A stretch of 64,000 nt of DNA from an uncultured Methanosarcinales archaeon (GCA_964469645.1 CAYXZV010000001.1:31790-95789), one strand, 5' to 3'. Numbered from the stretch's first letter, positions 1 to 9,258 are shown. Numbers and translations: made by a program. Notes: generated by a model from the sequence alone, not told the origin.

Positions 1-121
1 AGCTTGCTGGATTAATTGTTACTGGGACAGCAGAACCATAAACATTTTTATTTTTAAATTCTTTATTTTTTTGATGTGAGTTCTAGAAAACTTTAAATAC
101 AAAGATACGAATGTAATTTAG

Positions 122-1273
122 ATGAAAAAAAATTCTAAAGTAATTGGTCTGTTATTTGCGTTATTATTAGTAGTACAGGCAGGTACAATCAATGCGATTA
201 AGATAAGCCCTTCTTCCATAAAGATTGATTTTCAGCCCAATTATGAGGAAACATTTACTTTTTATACTGAAAGAGCAGAAAATATAGGAGTTTATATAGA
301 AGGTAATTTAGCAGAATATGTAACTGTAGAAGAAGATAATATAGCAAAAGAAGGGACTTTTGTTATTAAAGTAAAACTGCCAGCTGAAATTGAGACCCCT
401 GGGAAGAATCGTGTATTAGTTGGGCTTATTGAAACTGGTAAAGGTGGCGGAACTGTAGCAGGTATAGCGTCAATAAGAACACCCATAGATATCAAAGTTC
501 CTTATCCAGGAGTTTATGCTGAAATAAGCTTTAATGTTCAAGATTTGAACATAAATGAAACTGCTGATTTTGTTATTGCAATAAACAATTTGGGTAAAGA
601 GGATATTGGTAATGCAAAGGCAGTGATTGATGTATTGGATAATGATGAAAAGATTGTGGAAAAACTTTTTACTCAAGAAAAGAAGATTAAAGCTGATACA
701 AAGGAAAATTTAGAGGCTTTGTTTGACCCCTCAAAACATAATGCTGGCCAGCACAAGGCTATTGCGCATGTAACTTACGCTGATAAATCAAAGGATTTGG
801 AGTCTAGCTTTAAGATAGGGGCCTTAAATGTTGAGATTATCAACTATACTAAAACTTTTTTCAAAGATAAAATAACTAAATTTGATATTGAAATAAAGTC
901 CGGGTGGAACAGCAAAATAGATAATATTTTTGCGGAAGTAAGGGTTCTTAATAACTCTGAAGAAGTTTCTTCCTTTAAAACAATTTCTGTCAGTTTAGAA
1001 AAATGGGAAAAAAGGAAGATAAGCACTTTTTGGGATACCCAAGGCTTAGGTGAAGGAACTTATGATGTAGAAATCATCTTATTTTATGAAGGGCAAAGAA
1101 CTAAACTTGTGGAGAAAATAGAAATAATAGCCCCAAAAAAAGAAGAGTCAATGTTAGAATACCTTACTATGACAAATTTATTAATTGTTGCAGTGTTGCT
1201 GCTTATAATAATAAACATAATTATTTTGGTTAAGAAACCTAGAAAGTCTTTTGCAAAGAAAAGTAAAAAATGA
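122..1273 (+). CDS. Surface protein with signal peptide, beta-rich ectodomain and C-terminal membrane anchor
   Basis: ORF track. N-terminal hydrophobic signal (GLLFALLLVVQAGTINA). C-terminal TM (LLIVAVLLLIIINIIILV) followed by a basic tail. TATA-like CTTTAAATAC at 91-100, about 22 nt upstream of the ATG. Confidence 0.7.
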   Translation: MKKNSKVIGLLFALLLVVQAGTINAIKISPSSIKIDFQPNYEETFTFYTERAENIGVYIEGNLAEYVTVEEDNIAKEGTFVIKVKLPAEIETPGKNRVLVGLIETGKGGGTVAGIASIRTPIDIKVPYPGVYAEISFNVQDLNINETADFVIAINNLGKEDIGNAKAVIDVLDNDEKIVEKLFTQEKKIKADTKENLEALFDPSKHNAGQHKAIAHVTYADKSKDLESSFKIGALNVEIINYTKTFFKDKITKFDIEIKSGWNSKIDNIFAEVRVLNNSEEVSSFKTISVSLEKWEKRKISTFWDTQGLGEGTYDVEIILFYEGQRTKLVEKIEIIAPKKEESMLEYLTMTNLLIVAVLLLIIINIIILVKKPRKSFAKKSKK

Positions 1274-1695
1274 GAATAACCACCCTTTTCTTCTTGTTGT
1301 TATTTGCAGTTGTAATTTCCACTTTTTTAACCTATTTTTTCTACAAATCTTTTGTTATAGAAGACACAGTAATACTTGGTATGGAGGTAAAGGTTAATGA
1401 CCATTTTGGATTAAATGCAGATGCAGATGCAATAAAATTTGGCATGATAATTCCTGGAACATCAAGCCAGAGATCAATAATTATTGATAATAATGCAGCT
1501 TATGCTCTAAAAGTTGTAATCCTGAAATCAGGACATATTGCAGACTGGGTGAAAGTTTCTGAAAATAATTTTATTTTGAAAGGAAATGAAACTAGGCAAG
1601 TAATTTTTGAGGTTTCTGCTCCTGAAAACGCTGATTTTGAAAATTATGCAGGAGAAGTTAAGATTATTTTTAAAAAAATTTTATTCAATAAATAA
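1270..1695 (+). CDS. Small N-terminally anchored beta-rich envelope protein
   Basis: ATGA stop/start overlap with the upstream gene. N-terminal TM (TLFFLLLFAVVISTFLTYFF). The rest is beta-strand-like, with no recognisable catalytic motif. Confidence 0.6.
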   Translation: MRITTLFFLLLFAVVISTFLTYFFYKSFVIEDTVILGMEVKVNDHFGLNADADAIKFGMIIPGTSSQRSIIIDNNAAYALKVVILKSGHIADWVKVSENNFILKGNETRQVIFEVSAPENADFENYAGEVKIIFKKILFNK

Positions 1696-1761
1696 GGGCA
1701 ATAAAAATTTAATTAGTTTTTCTCAGCTAAACTTGTTTCACAGAGTGTTTTAAATTTACGC

Positions 1762-1775
1762 AATGTTTATATATC
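1762..1775 (+). promoter_or_regulatory. Putative TATA box for the RHH / giant surface protein transcript
   Basis: TTTATATAT at 1766-1774, about 23 nt upstream of the ATG at 1797. This spacing would fit a leaderless or short-leader archaeal mRNA. Confidence 0.4.
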
Positions 1776-1796
1776 AATATGATATATTTATGATAT

Positions 1797-1955
1797 ATGG
1801 CAAAATTATTGCATATTAGGGTAGGCAAGAGGTTAAAGCAGAGAATGCAGGTTTTGATAGATATAGGGCTGTTCAGCAACCAGGCAGAGATAGCCAGAGA
1901 GGCTATAAGAGAACTTTTGCTAAAGTATAGCAAGGAAACAAAAAAGAAAAAGTAA
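1797..1955 (+). CDS. Ribbon-helix-helix (CopG-like) DNA-binding protein, 52 aa, not in ORF track
   Basis: My translation: MAKLLHIRVGKRLKQRMQVLIDIGLFSNQAEIAREAIRELLLKYSKETKKKK. It shows the beta-strand / helix / helix pattern and the SxxAEIAREAIRExL signature typical of CopG/RHH regulators. The TAA stop at 1953-1955 lies 1 nt before the ATG of the next gene. Confidence 0.6.
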   Translation: MAKLLHIRVGKRLKQRMQVLIDIGLFSNQAEIAREAIRELLLKYSKETKKKK

Positions 1956-1956
1956 A

Positions 1957-4900
1957 ATGGCAAAGATATCAAATAACCTAATTGCAGTTTTGATTATAAT
2001 ATTTGGAATAATAATGTGCTATAACAACTGGCTTATTTACTCAAATGCAGAAATTATTGCTCTGACAGGACAAACAACAAAGACAAGCACCATTACACTT
2101 ACTCTAACAGCAGTAGGAAATACAAATGCGAGCATAACATCAACTCCAGTTACAACTGCGACTGAGGGTACACTTTACACATATAATGTGACTGCTACTG
2201 ACCTAGATGGGGACTACTTAAATTTTTATGATAATACTACCTTGTTTGATATAAATCCAACTACTGGCTTAATTAGCTTTACTCCTGGGACAGATACAGA
2301 AGCTGGCAACCATACAATTGAAATTTATGTGTTTGACTTTCAAGGAGGATTCGCCTCGCAGGTATATAACCTATCAATCACTGCTGTTAATGACGCGCCT
2401 GTTTTGAATTTTATTGGAATAATAACGCTCCAAGAAAACCTGACAATGCTTTATACTGCTACTGCAACAGATGAAGAAACCCTTATCTCAAATTTAACAT
2501 TTAATGTAAGTGGAGTAAGCTTTGCGAACATAAGCGAGAATAATATAATCAACTTTTCTCCGAAAGTTGGGGATGATGGAACCTATACAATTAATGTTAC
2601 AGTAAGCGACGGCTCTGCAATAGATTCGGAGAATGTTACAATATATGTGCTTGATATTGTAGATGAAAATAATGCTCCTGCAATATTAAGCTTCACACCA
2701 GCAGATTTGACACCTACAATTAAGGCAGATTCTAACCAGACATTTAACATAACTTACAGCGATGAAGATGGAAATAACACAGTAAGTGTCCAGTGGTTTT
2801 TAAATAGTTTAGAGGTTAGCGGAGAAAATAACAACTCTTACACTTTTATAGGAAATTATACAGATGCAGGCAGCAATGCTGGAATGCATACTGTAAGGGT
2901 TGATGTATCTGATGGCTTAACAACCGCTTCAAATTATTGGACCTTATATGTAAATATAACAAGGGATGCTGATGGTGATGGTATTCCAGACTATCTTGAC
3001 AGCTGCCCGTTTTTCTCCGGAACCTGCGATTCAACCAATTTGGATGCTGACAATGTTACAGATGCTGTTGATTTCCTGCTAGGAAATGTTACATTTATAG
3101 ACAAAAATATCCCATTAGATTTTGAAGTTAATGGCTCGACAGATTTGAACAAAATTTTTAATGAAACTCTGCCTGTTAAATTTGTGACTCAGATAGTAAT
3201 AAATGATACACTATATGACCAGCCAACAGTGGAATTTGATTTTGGGTTCAACAACGAAACAAAACTGAATTTGAATGATATAACTATAAAACAATATGAT
3301 ACTAACAACACGGGAAGTTTCTTAGTTGCAGGCATTAATTTGATGCCTCAAAATTTGACTAAGTCTGTACATTTTAAAAGAGTCAATGCTAGCATAAATG
3401 GCGTATGCATTAAAGATGAAATAATATCCTCTGTAAATGAGATGACATCTGCATGCAACGGCACTGCTGAAACCCAAGTTGAATGTGATGGGACAAATCA
3501 GAGCGGATACACATGCACCTTAAACACAACGACAAATTACTATAGAATACAAGGCCTTAACCATTCCGGAGGAAAACAAATAGATTATACCAAGCCAGCT
3601 GCACCTGCTGAAGAAGCTGAAGAGGAAGAAGAAGAGGCGGCTGCTGCACCATCTGCTGGTACGGCTGGGGGTGGTGCAGGCGGCGGAGGCGGAGGAGCAG
3701 TAGGTGCAGGAGCTATTCCTTCAGTGGAGATAGAGGCAGAAAAATCAGGGTTATGGGCTGACGTAGAAGAAGGATCACAAATTTTAATGAGCATTGATGA
3801 GCCAAAGATTCCTATTACTAGAATCACATTAAGCGCTAATACCCATATAAAAATTTTAGAGATTGGTGTAAAAAGCTTGAAAGGAAAACCCGTACAGGCT
3901 AGTGCTGCAGCAAAAGTATACCAATACCTGCAGATAACCCAAAAGAATACTCAAAATAAACAAATCAGCAACATCAATATAGAATTTAAAGTTGCAAAAA
4001 TATGGCTGAATGAAAACAGCATAAAATCAGAAGATGTTAGTTTGTTTAGGTATAAAAATAATGTATGGAACCGATTGCTTACAATAGTTACCGGCACTGA
4101 TACGGACTATGTTTATTACAAGGCCACTTCACCCGAATTCAGCTACTTTGCAATTGGGGCTGGTATTGTTGAAGATTACTTATCAGGGATTTTCATCGAG
4201 CAATTGCCCATAGCTGTTGACAGCGAGCTAATTAAGGCTGTTTTAAAAGAGGGAGAAACAACGACAAGGACATTTACAATTACGAATGAGGGCAACAAGG
4301 CATTGCAGCTTAGACTAGAGGTTGAGGGTTTAGAGGACTTTGTAATATTGAGCGATTATACTCTTATAATGAATCCAGGGGAAGAAAAAGTGATTACTGC
4401 AGATATCACCTCTCCAGAAGTCATTGATATTTATCATGGAAAAATACTGATTCAGGCGGATTCAAAAATTAAATCAGTAGCACTTTTAATTGAAACAAAA
4501 TCAAAAACATCAACTTTAGATGTATTAGTAAGAGTACCTAAAAGCTATAAGAAAATAAAAAAAGGCGAAGAAATAACAGGGGTTATAGATTTAATTTACC
4601 TTGGTGAAGTAAGGCCTATTGCTATCAAGTTGCTATATGCTATCAAGGATTTGGACGGTAAAATCCTAAGTTTTAAGGAGGAGACTCTAGAGGTTAATGA
4701 TGGCTTATTGGTTGACAGAAGCCTAAAAGTCCCGAAAAATGCAGAAGAGAGGGAATATATTTTTTATGTCAAGGCATCCTATAACGGAAATATTGCAATA
4801 AGCAGCGATTTTTTCGAGGTTTCAAGAGAATCCTGGACCCTATCCATGTTGAAGAATGAGGACTTATTTGAAAAATTGCTGTTTATTTTGGCACTGCTGC

Positions 4901-5595
4901 TGGCAACTTTAACTGTGCTTAATCTTATGGTGTATAAAGAAATTAAATTTGTTGCTATAGCATATAGTGTATTGAGCATTATTAAGCTTAGGGCTCAAGA
5001 AACTATTAAAAGGGTTCTTCTAAGAAAAAAAGTAGACTATTTTTTTGAGGAAAAAATGAAAAATCAGAAGATTTGTTTTCCGCCAAGAGTCCTATTTGGA
5101 TACTTGCTTAATGCTTTCAAGAAAAAATCAAAAGAGGAAAAGGAGTTTAAAGATTTAAAAAAACAGATTTCTAGCTTACATAATATTTTTGAAAAAGCAC
5201 CTAGGACAAATATATTAAAAATTAAAAGCTTTATTTTGAGATTTTTGCAGATTTTTCTTAGGACTAAAAAGAAAAAGGGTAAGGACATATGGGTCAATAA
5301 GAAAAAATTTACTGAAAGGAGGTTATACAAAGAATTGGATATTATAAGGGCTGATTTTGAGCAAGGCATTATTACTAAGGACATATATGATAAGCAAAAG
5401 AAAAAGATTTCGGGATTAATAAAAAAAGAATTAGATAGGCAATTACAAATACTAGAAGCAGATTTAGAAGATAAAATTATTACTAAAGATACTTATGTTA
5501 AGGAGAAGAAGAAGATTGAAGGGTTAATAAAAAAGAAGAACAGAAAAATTTGGAGATTAAAAAGGAAAGAAATAAACCCTTTATTGAAAAAATAG
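1957..5595 (+). CDS. Giant surface protein: Ig/cadherin-like repeats, TSP3-like Ca-binding motif, PGF-pre-PGF-like domain, TM, cytoplasmic SHOCT-like repeats
   Basis: N-terminal TM/signal. VNDAPV cadherin-like motif. DADGDGIPDYLDSCP calcium-binding motif. Glu/Ala/Gly low-complexity linker. A segment ending FSYFAIGAG resembles the PGF-pre-PGF domain. TM (LLFILALLLATLTVLNLMVY). Lys-rich tail with two IITKDxYxKxKKKIxGLIKK repeats. Confidence 0.8.
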   Translation: MAKISNNLIAVLIIIFGIIMCYNNWLIYSNAEIIALTGQTTKTSTITLTLTAVGNTNASITSTPVTTATEGTLYTYNVTATDLDGDYLNFYDNTTLFDINPTTGLISFTPGTDTEAGNHTIEIYVFDFQGGFASQVYNLSITAVNDAPVLNFIGIITLQENLTMLYTATATDEETLISNLTFNVSGVSFANISENNIINFSPKVGDDGTYTINVTVSDGSAIDSENVTIYVLDIVDENNAPAILSFTPADLTPTIKADSNQTFNITYSDEDGNNTVSVQWFLNSLEVSGENNNSYTFIGNYTDAGSNAGMHTVRVDVSDGLTTASNYWTLYVNITRDADGDGIPDYLDSCPFFSGTCDSTNLDADNVTDAVDFLLGNVTFIDKNIPLDFEVNGSTDLNKIFNETLPVKFVTQIVINDTLYDQPTVEFDFGFNNETKLNLNDITIKQYDTNNTGSFLVAGINLMPQNLTKSVHFKRVNASINGVCIKDEIISSVNEMTSACNGTAETQVECDGTNQSGYTCTLNTTTNYYRIQGLNHSGGKQIDYTKPAAPAEEAEEEEEEAAAAPSAGTAGGGAGGGGGGAVGAGAIPSVEIEAEKSGLWADVEEGSQILMSIDEPKIPITRITLSANTHIKILEIGVKSLKGKPVQASAAAKVYQYLQITQKNTQNKQISNINIEFKVAKIWLNENSIKSEDVSLFRYKNNVWNRLLTIVTGTDTDYVYYKATSPEFSYFAIGAGIVEDYLSGIFIEQLPIAVDSELIKAVLKEGETTTRTFTITNEGNKALQLRLEVEGLEDFVILSDYTLIMNPGEEKVITADITSPEVIDIYHGKILIQADSKIKSVALLIETKSKTSTLDVLVRVPKSYKKIKKGEEITGVIDLIYLGEVRPIAIKLLYAIKDLDGKILSFKEETLEVNDGLLVDRSLKVPKNAEEREYIFYVKASYNGNIAISSDFFEVSRESWTLSMLKNEDLFEKLLFILALLLATLTVLNLMVYKEIKFVAIAYSVLSIIKLRAQETIKRVLLRKKVDYFFEEKMKNQKICFPPRVLFGYLLNAFKKKSKEEKEFKDLKKQISSLHNIFEKAPRTNILKIKSFILRFLQIFLRTKKKKGKDIWVNKKKFTERRLYKELDIIRADFEQGIITKDIYDKQKKKISGLIKKELDRQLQILEADLEDKIITKDTYVKEKKKIEGLIKKKNRKIWRLKRKEINPLLKK

Positions 5596-5624
5596 GCTTT
5601 ATAAATTTGCTTTATTTGCTAGAA

Positions 5625-6980
5625 CTAAACCTTAAAATTACCAGGAATCTTGCCCTGAAATTTTTTCATCATTTTTTGCATATCCATTTTGCTGCCCTTG
5701 AACATCTTTACTATTTTCTTGCTTTGCCTATATTGTTTTATTAATTCTCTAATAATGCTTGTTGAGATGCCAGAGCCTTTGCTTATCCTATCTATGCGTT
5801 CACTTGTAATTTCTTGTGGATCTTCCAGCTCTTTTTTAGTCATTGACTGCATTGCTATTTTCCATTTTTCCAGTTTGCTTTCCTGCACATCAAGCATTTC
5901 TTTTGGCAGCTGCAAAGACGAAAAACCAGGTATCATCTCAACAATCTTTTTCAAAGAGCCCATTTTTTTCATTGCTGACATCTGCTCATATAGATCAATT
6001 AAATTAAATTCTCCTTTTAGGAATTTTTTCCCTAAATCTTCTGCATCTTCTACCTTAATAGCTTCTTTTGCTTTCTCTAATAAAGCTTCTAGGTCTCCCA
6101 TTCCCAGCAAACGACCAACGAAACCTTTTGGGTTAAAGTGCTCTAGGTCATTAATTTTTTCTCCGACACCGATGAATTTTATTGGTGCTTTTGTTGCGGC
6201 GCATGCAGTTAGAGCTCCGCCGCCTTTAGCTGTACCATCCATTTTTGAGACAATAACTCCTGAAATATTACAGCTTTTGTCAAATTGCTCTGCTTGTTTT
6301 TGAGCAGTTTGGCCGATATCTGCAGAAATTACTAATAAATTCTCATTTGGCTTTATGTTTACATTCAACGTTTCAATCTCTTCAATCAAATCTTTAGACA
6401 AAGCATCTCTTCCTGAAGTGTCTATTATTACAATATCATATTTATTTAATTCATCCTTATGCTTATTCCAAATGTTTAATGCATTTTTCTCTCCTTTTTC
6501 TGTGTAACATGGAACATTTACTTGTTTAGCTACCTGTTGTATCTGATCCATTGCTGCCGGTCTGTGGACATCGAGGCCAAGCATAGCAACTTTGTGGCCG
6601 CGTGTTGTGAAATATTTTGCCAGTTTACCTGCACTAGTTGTCTTTCCTGAACCGAACAGACCAACAAGCATTATTTTGAAAGGCTTTCCTTCGATTTCTA
6701 TCTTTTGCTGTTCTTTGCCTAGAAATTCAACTAATTCATCATAGACAATATTGATCAAATGCTCTTTTTTAGTTATTCCAGAAGGTGTATCTTCTTTCTT
6801 TATCCTTTCTTTAATCTTATTTGTCAGGTCAAATACTAATTGTACGTTAACATCTGCCTGCAATAAAGCACGCTGAATGTCCTTAACTAACTCGTTGATT
6901 AGTTTATCATCTACAAACATTGAGCTAGCTATTTTCTTCAATGTTTCTTTTAATGAAGTTCCTAATTTATCTAAGACCAT
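5625..6980 (-). CDS. srp54: Signal recognition particle protein SRP54
   Basis: NG domain motifs GLFGSGKTTSAGKLA, DTSGR and SKMDG. Met-rich C-terminal M domain. Confidence 0.95.
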   Translation of the reverse strand: MVLDKLGTSLKETLKKIASSMFVDDKLINELVKDIQRALLQADVNVQLVFDLTNKIKERIKKEDTPSGITKKEHLINIVYDELVEFLGKEQQKIEIEGKPFKIMLVGLFGSGKTTSAGKLAKYFTTRGHKVAMLGLDVHRPAAMDQIQQVAKQVNVPCYTEKGEKNALNIWNKHKDELNKYDIVIIDTSGRDALSKDLIEEIETLNVNIKPNENLLVISADIGQTAQKQAEQFDKSCNISGVIVSKMDGTAKGGGALTACAATKAPIKFIGVGEKINDLEHFNPKGFVGRLLGMGDLEALLEKAKEAIKVEDAEDLGKKFLKGEFNLIDLYEQMSAMKKMGSLKKIVEMIPGFSSLQLPKEMLDVQESKLEKWKIAMQSMTKKELEDPQEITSERIDRISKGSGISTSIIRELIKQYRQSKKIVKMFKGSKMDMQKMMKKFQGKIPGNFKV

Positions 6981-7017
6981 AGGAGTATAGAACGCGAAAT
7001 TGGTTTATAAATATTGC

Positions 7018-8946
7018 CTAAATCTCAAACTTTTCCTTCTTTTTCTCAATATTATCAAGAATCCTGTTAGCAAGATCTTTAACTTTCACATTAAACTTAA
7101 CCTTGCCATCTAAAGTCCTTACAGCAACAGTATTTGTTTTCTCTTCTTTTTCTCCTAAATTGATTATTATTGGAACTTTTTGCAGTTGTGCGTCTCGAAC
7201 TTTATAGCCTACAGACTCTACTCTTGTGTCAAGCTCTGTTCTTATATTGTCTCTGTCCAACTCTTCCTTGATCTTTTTTGCATATAAGTTGAATCTATCT
7301 GATACAGTAAGTATCTTTACCTGCATCGGAGCCAACCATAATGGAAATTTTCCTGCATAGTGCTCTATCAAAATGCCAAAAAACCGTTCTATGGAGCCGT
7401 AAATCGCGCGGTGAATCATGACCGGCTTTAATTTGTTGCTGTGCTCTTCCACATAGTTTAGATTGAACTTTTCAGGCATTGAGAAATCAACCTGTATTGT
7501 GCCGCACTGCCATGTCCTGCCTAAGCAATCCTTGACGTGGAAATCTATTTTTGGTCCGTAGAAAGCGCCATCTCCTGGATTTAGCTTATATTTTACATTT
7601 TTATTTTTTAGAGCGTCTTCTAATGCCTTTTCAGCCTTATCCCAGTTTTCCTTTTTTCCTGCAAATTTTTCCGGTCTTGTAGATAATTCAATATGGTAAG
7701 AAAAATTAAAGGTTTTGTAGATGAAATCCACTAAATCAATTAATTGTGTAACTTCTTTTTCAATTTGATTGTTCGTGCAGAATATATGCGCATCATCCTG
7801 TGTAAAAGCACGCACTCTAAACAAACCAGATAAAACACCTGAAAGTTCATTTCTATGATCTATACCAAATTCTGAAAGCCTTATCGGCAAATCCTTGTAA
7901 CTATGCAGCTTTTCCTTGAAAATTAAAGCAGCGCCAGGACAGTTCATTGGCTTCACTGCAAATTCCTTCCCTTCTACATTGGTAAAAAACATGTTTTCTT
8001 TGTAATGGTCCCAGTGGCCGGATTGTTCCCACAAAGTTTTGCTTAGGATCAATGGAGTCATTATTTCTTTGTAACCTAACCTGTCAAGCTCTTTCCTCAT
8101 GAAATCCTTGAGTAAATTAATCATTATTACTCCCTTGGGATGGAAGAAAATAAATCCAGGGCCTTCTTCATGCAGTGAAAATAAGTCAAGCTGCTTTCCA
8201 ATTACTCTATGGTCGCGTTTCTTTGCCTCTTCTATGAGGTTTAGATAGGCGTTAAGCTCTTTTTTTGTCGGAAAAGCCACTGCGTAGATCCTTGTCAGTT
8301 GCTGATTTTTTTGGTTGCCGCGCCAATACGCTCCGGCAGTATGTGTTAATTTAAAACAATCTGCAGGAATTTTTTTCATGCTGGAAACGTGGCCACCTTT
8401 GCATAAGTCAACATAGTTTCCGGATTTATAGAATGAAACTTTTTTACCTTCTTTAGTAAACTCATCGATAAGTTCCTGCTTGAATGGATTGTCTTTAAAT
8501 TCTTTTTTTGCTTCTGTAGCAGAAACTTCTTGTCTTGTGAATTTATCCCATTTTGGCAAAATAGCCTGCATCTTTTTCTCTATCTTTTTGAGGTCAGCAT
8601 CTGTTATCGGTTTCTTGAACTGGAAATCATAGTAAAAACCGTTCTCTATCGGAGGGCCTATGGTTCTTTTTGTTCCTGGATAAAGTTCCATGACAGCAGC
8701 CGCAAGAAGATGGGCTAGGGAATGACGTAAAACATCCAATCCTAGTTTGTCCTTAAATGTAATAATCTTTATTTTTGCGTTTTTATCTATTTTTTCATTT
8801 AGGTCAGTTATTTTTCCATTTACTTCGATTGCCAGAGCATCCTGAGCTAATCTTGGACCTATACTTTCAGCTATCTCAAGGCCGGTTATACCTTTGTTGT
8901 AGCCTTTGGATGTTCCATCCGGCAAGACTAAATTTATTTTTGGCAT
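7018..8946 (-). CDS. thrS: Threonyl-tRNA synthetase (TGS + editing + class II core + anticodon-binding domains)
   Basis: 642 aa. N-terminal TGS-like region. HSLAHLLAAAV editing-domain motif. Class II core (FRVRAFTQDDAHIF, GTIQVDF). Confidence 0.95.
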   Translation of the reverse strand: MPKINLVLPDGTSKGYNKGITGLEIAESIGPRLAQDALAIEVNGKITDLNEKIDKNAKIKIITFKDKLGLDVLRHSLAHLLAAAVMELYPGTKRTIGPPIENGFYYDFQFKKPITDADLKKIEKKMQAILPKWDKFTRQEVSATEAKKEFKDNPFKQELIDEFTKEGKKVSFYKSGNYVDLCKGGHVSSMKKIPADCFKLTHTAGAYWRGNQKNQQLTRIYAVAFPTKKELNAYLNLIEEAKKRDHRVIGKQLDLFSLHEEGPGFIFFHPKGVIMINLLKDFMRKELDRLGYKEIMTPLILSKTLWEQSGHWDHYKENMFFTNVEGKEFAVKPMNCPGAALIFKEKLHSYKDLPIRLSEFGIDHRNELSGVLSGLFRVRAFTQDDAHIFCTNNQIEKEVTQLIDLVDFIYKTFNFSYHIELSTRPEKFAGKKENWDKAEKALEDALKNKNVKYKLNPGDGAFYGPKIDFHVKDCLGRTWQCGTIQVDFSMPEKFNLNYVEEHSNKLKPVMIHRAIYGSIERFFGILIEHYAGKFPLWLAPMQVKILTVSDRFNLYAKKIKEELDRDNIRTELDTRVESVGYKVRDAQLQKVPIIINLGEKEEKTNTVAVRTLDGKVKFNVKVKDLANRILDNIEKKKEKFEI

Positions 8947-9156
8947 TTTTTGTTTATCGTTGTTTATTTTTTGTTTGGTTTATATATTTTATTGAATTTA
9001 AATCAAAGAAAAATAATTTTTAAACAATGAGCAGCATTTAAGCTGTTGTTGTAGTTGTAGAAGTAATTAAATTTGTTGTCTTATCTGGAAAAACTATTTT
9101 ATTAGTCATATAATTAATATTATTTGCTTTGTATTTAAAGTTTTCTTTTTTAAACC

Positions 9157-9258
9157 CAAACCAGCGGAAAACCTAAACCAACGGAAACCAACAGACTATT
9201 TTACTCGGTTTCCTGGGTATTCGGAAATGTTACACATTTCCGAAACCTTTTTAAATAA
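9157..9258 (+). promoter_or_regulatory. Palindrome-rich module ending in a consensus BRE/TATA (copy 1)
   Basis: AAACCAGCGGAAAA at 9158-9171. Inverted repeat GGAAACC(9183-9189)/GGTTTCC(9207-9213). Perfect palindrome TTCGGAAATGT-TAC-ACATTTCCGAA at 9220-9244, then ACCTTTTTAAATAA. Collinear with the module at 24914-24988. Confidence 0.5.

Noticed and set aside
5689-6303. 204-aa ORF on the plus strand
   Set aside because: It is entirely antisense to the well-supported srp54 gene, and its product is low-complexity and Ser/Phe/Ile-rich. The same reasoning applies to 17697-18362 (antisense to corA), 35731-36186 (antisense to prs), 48015-48464 (antisense to the MinD-like gene) and the 34054-35061 set (antisense to ftsY).
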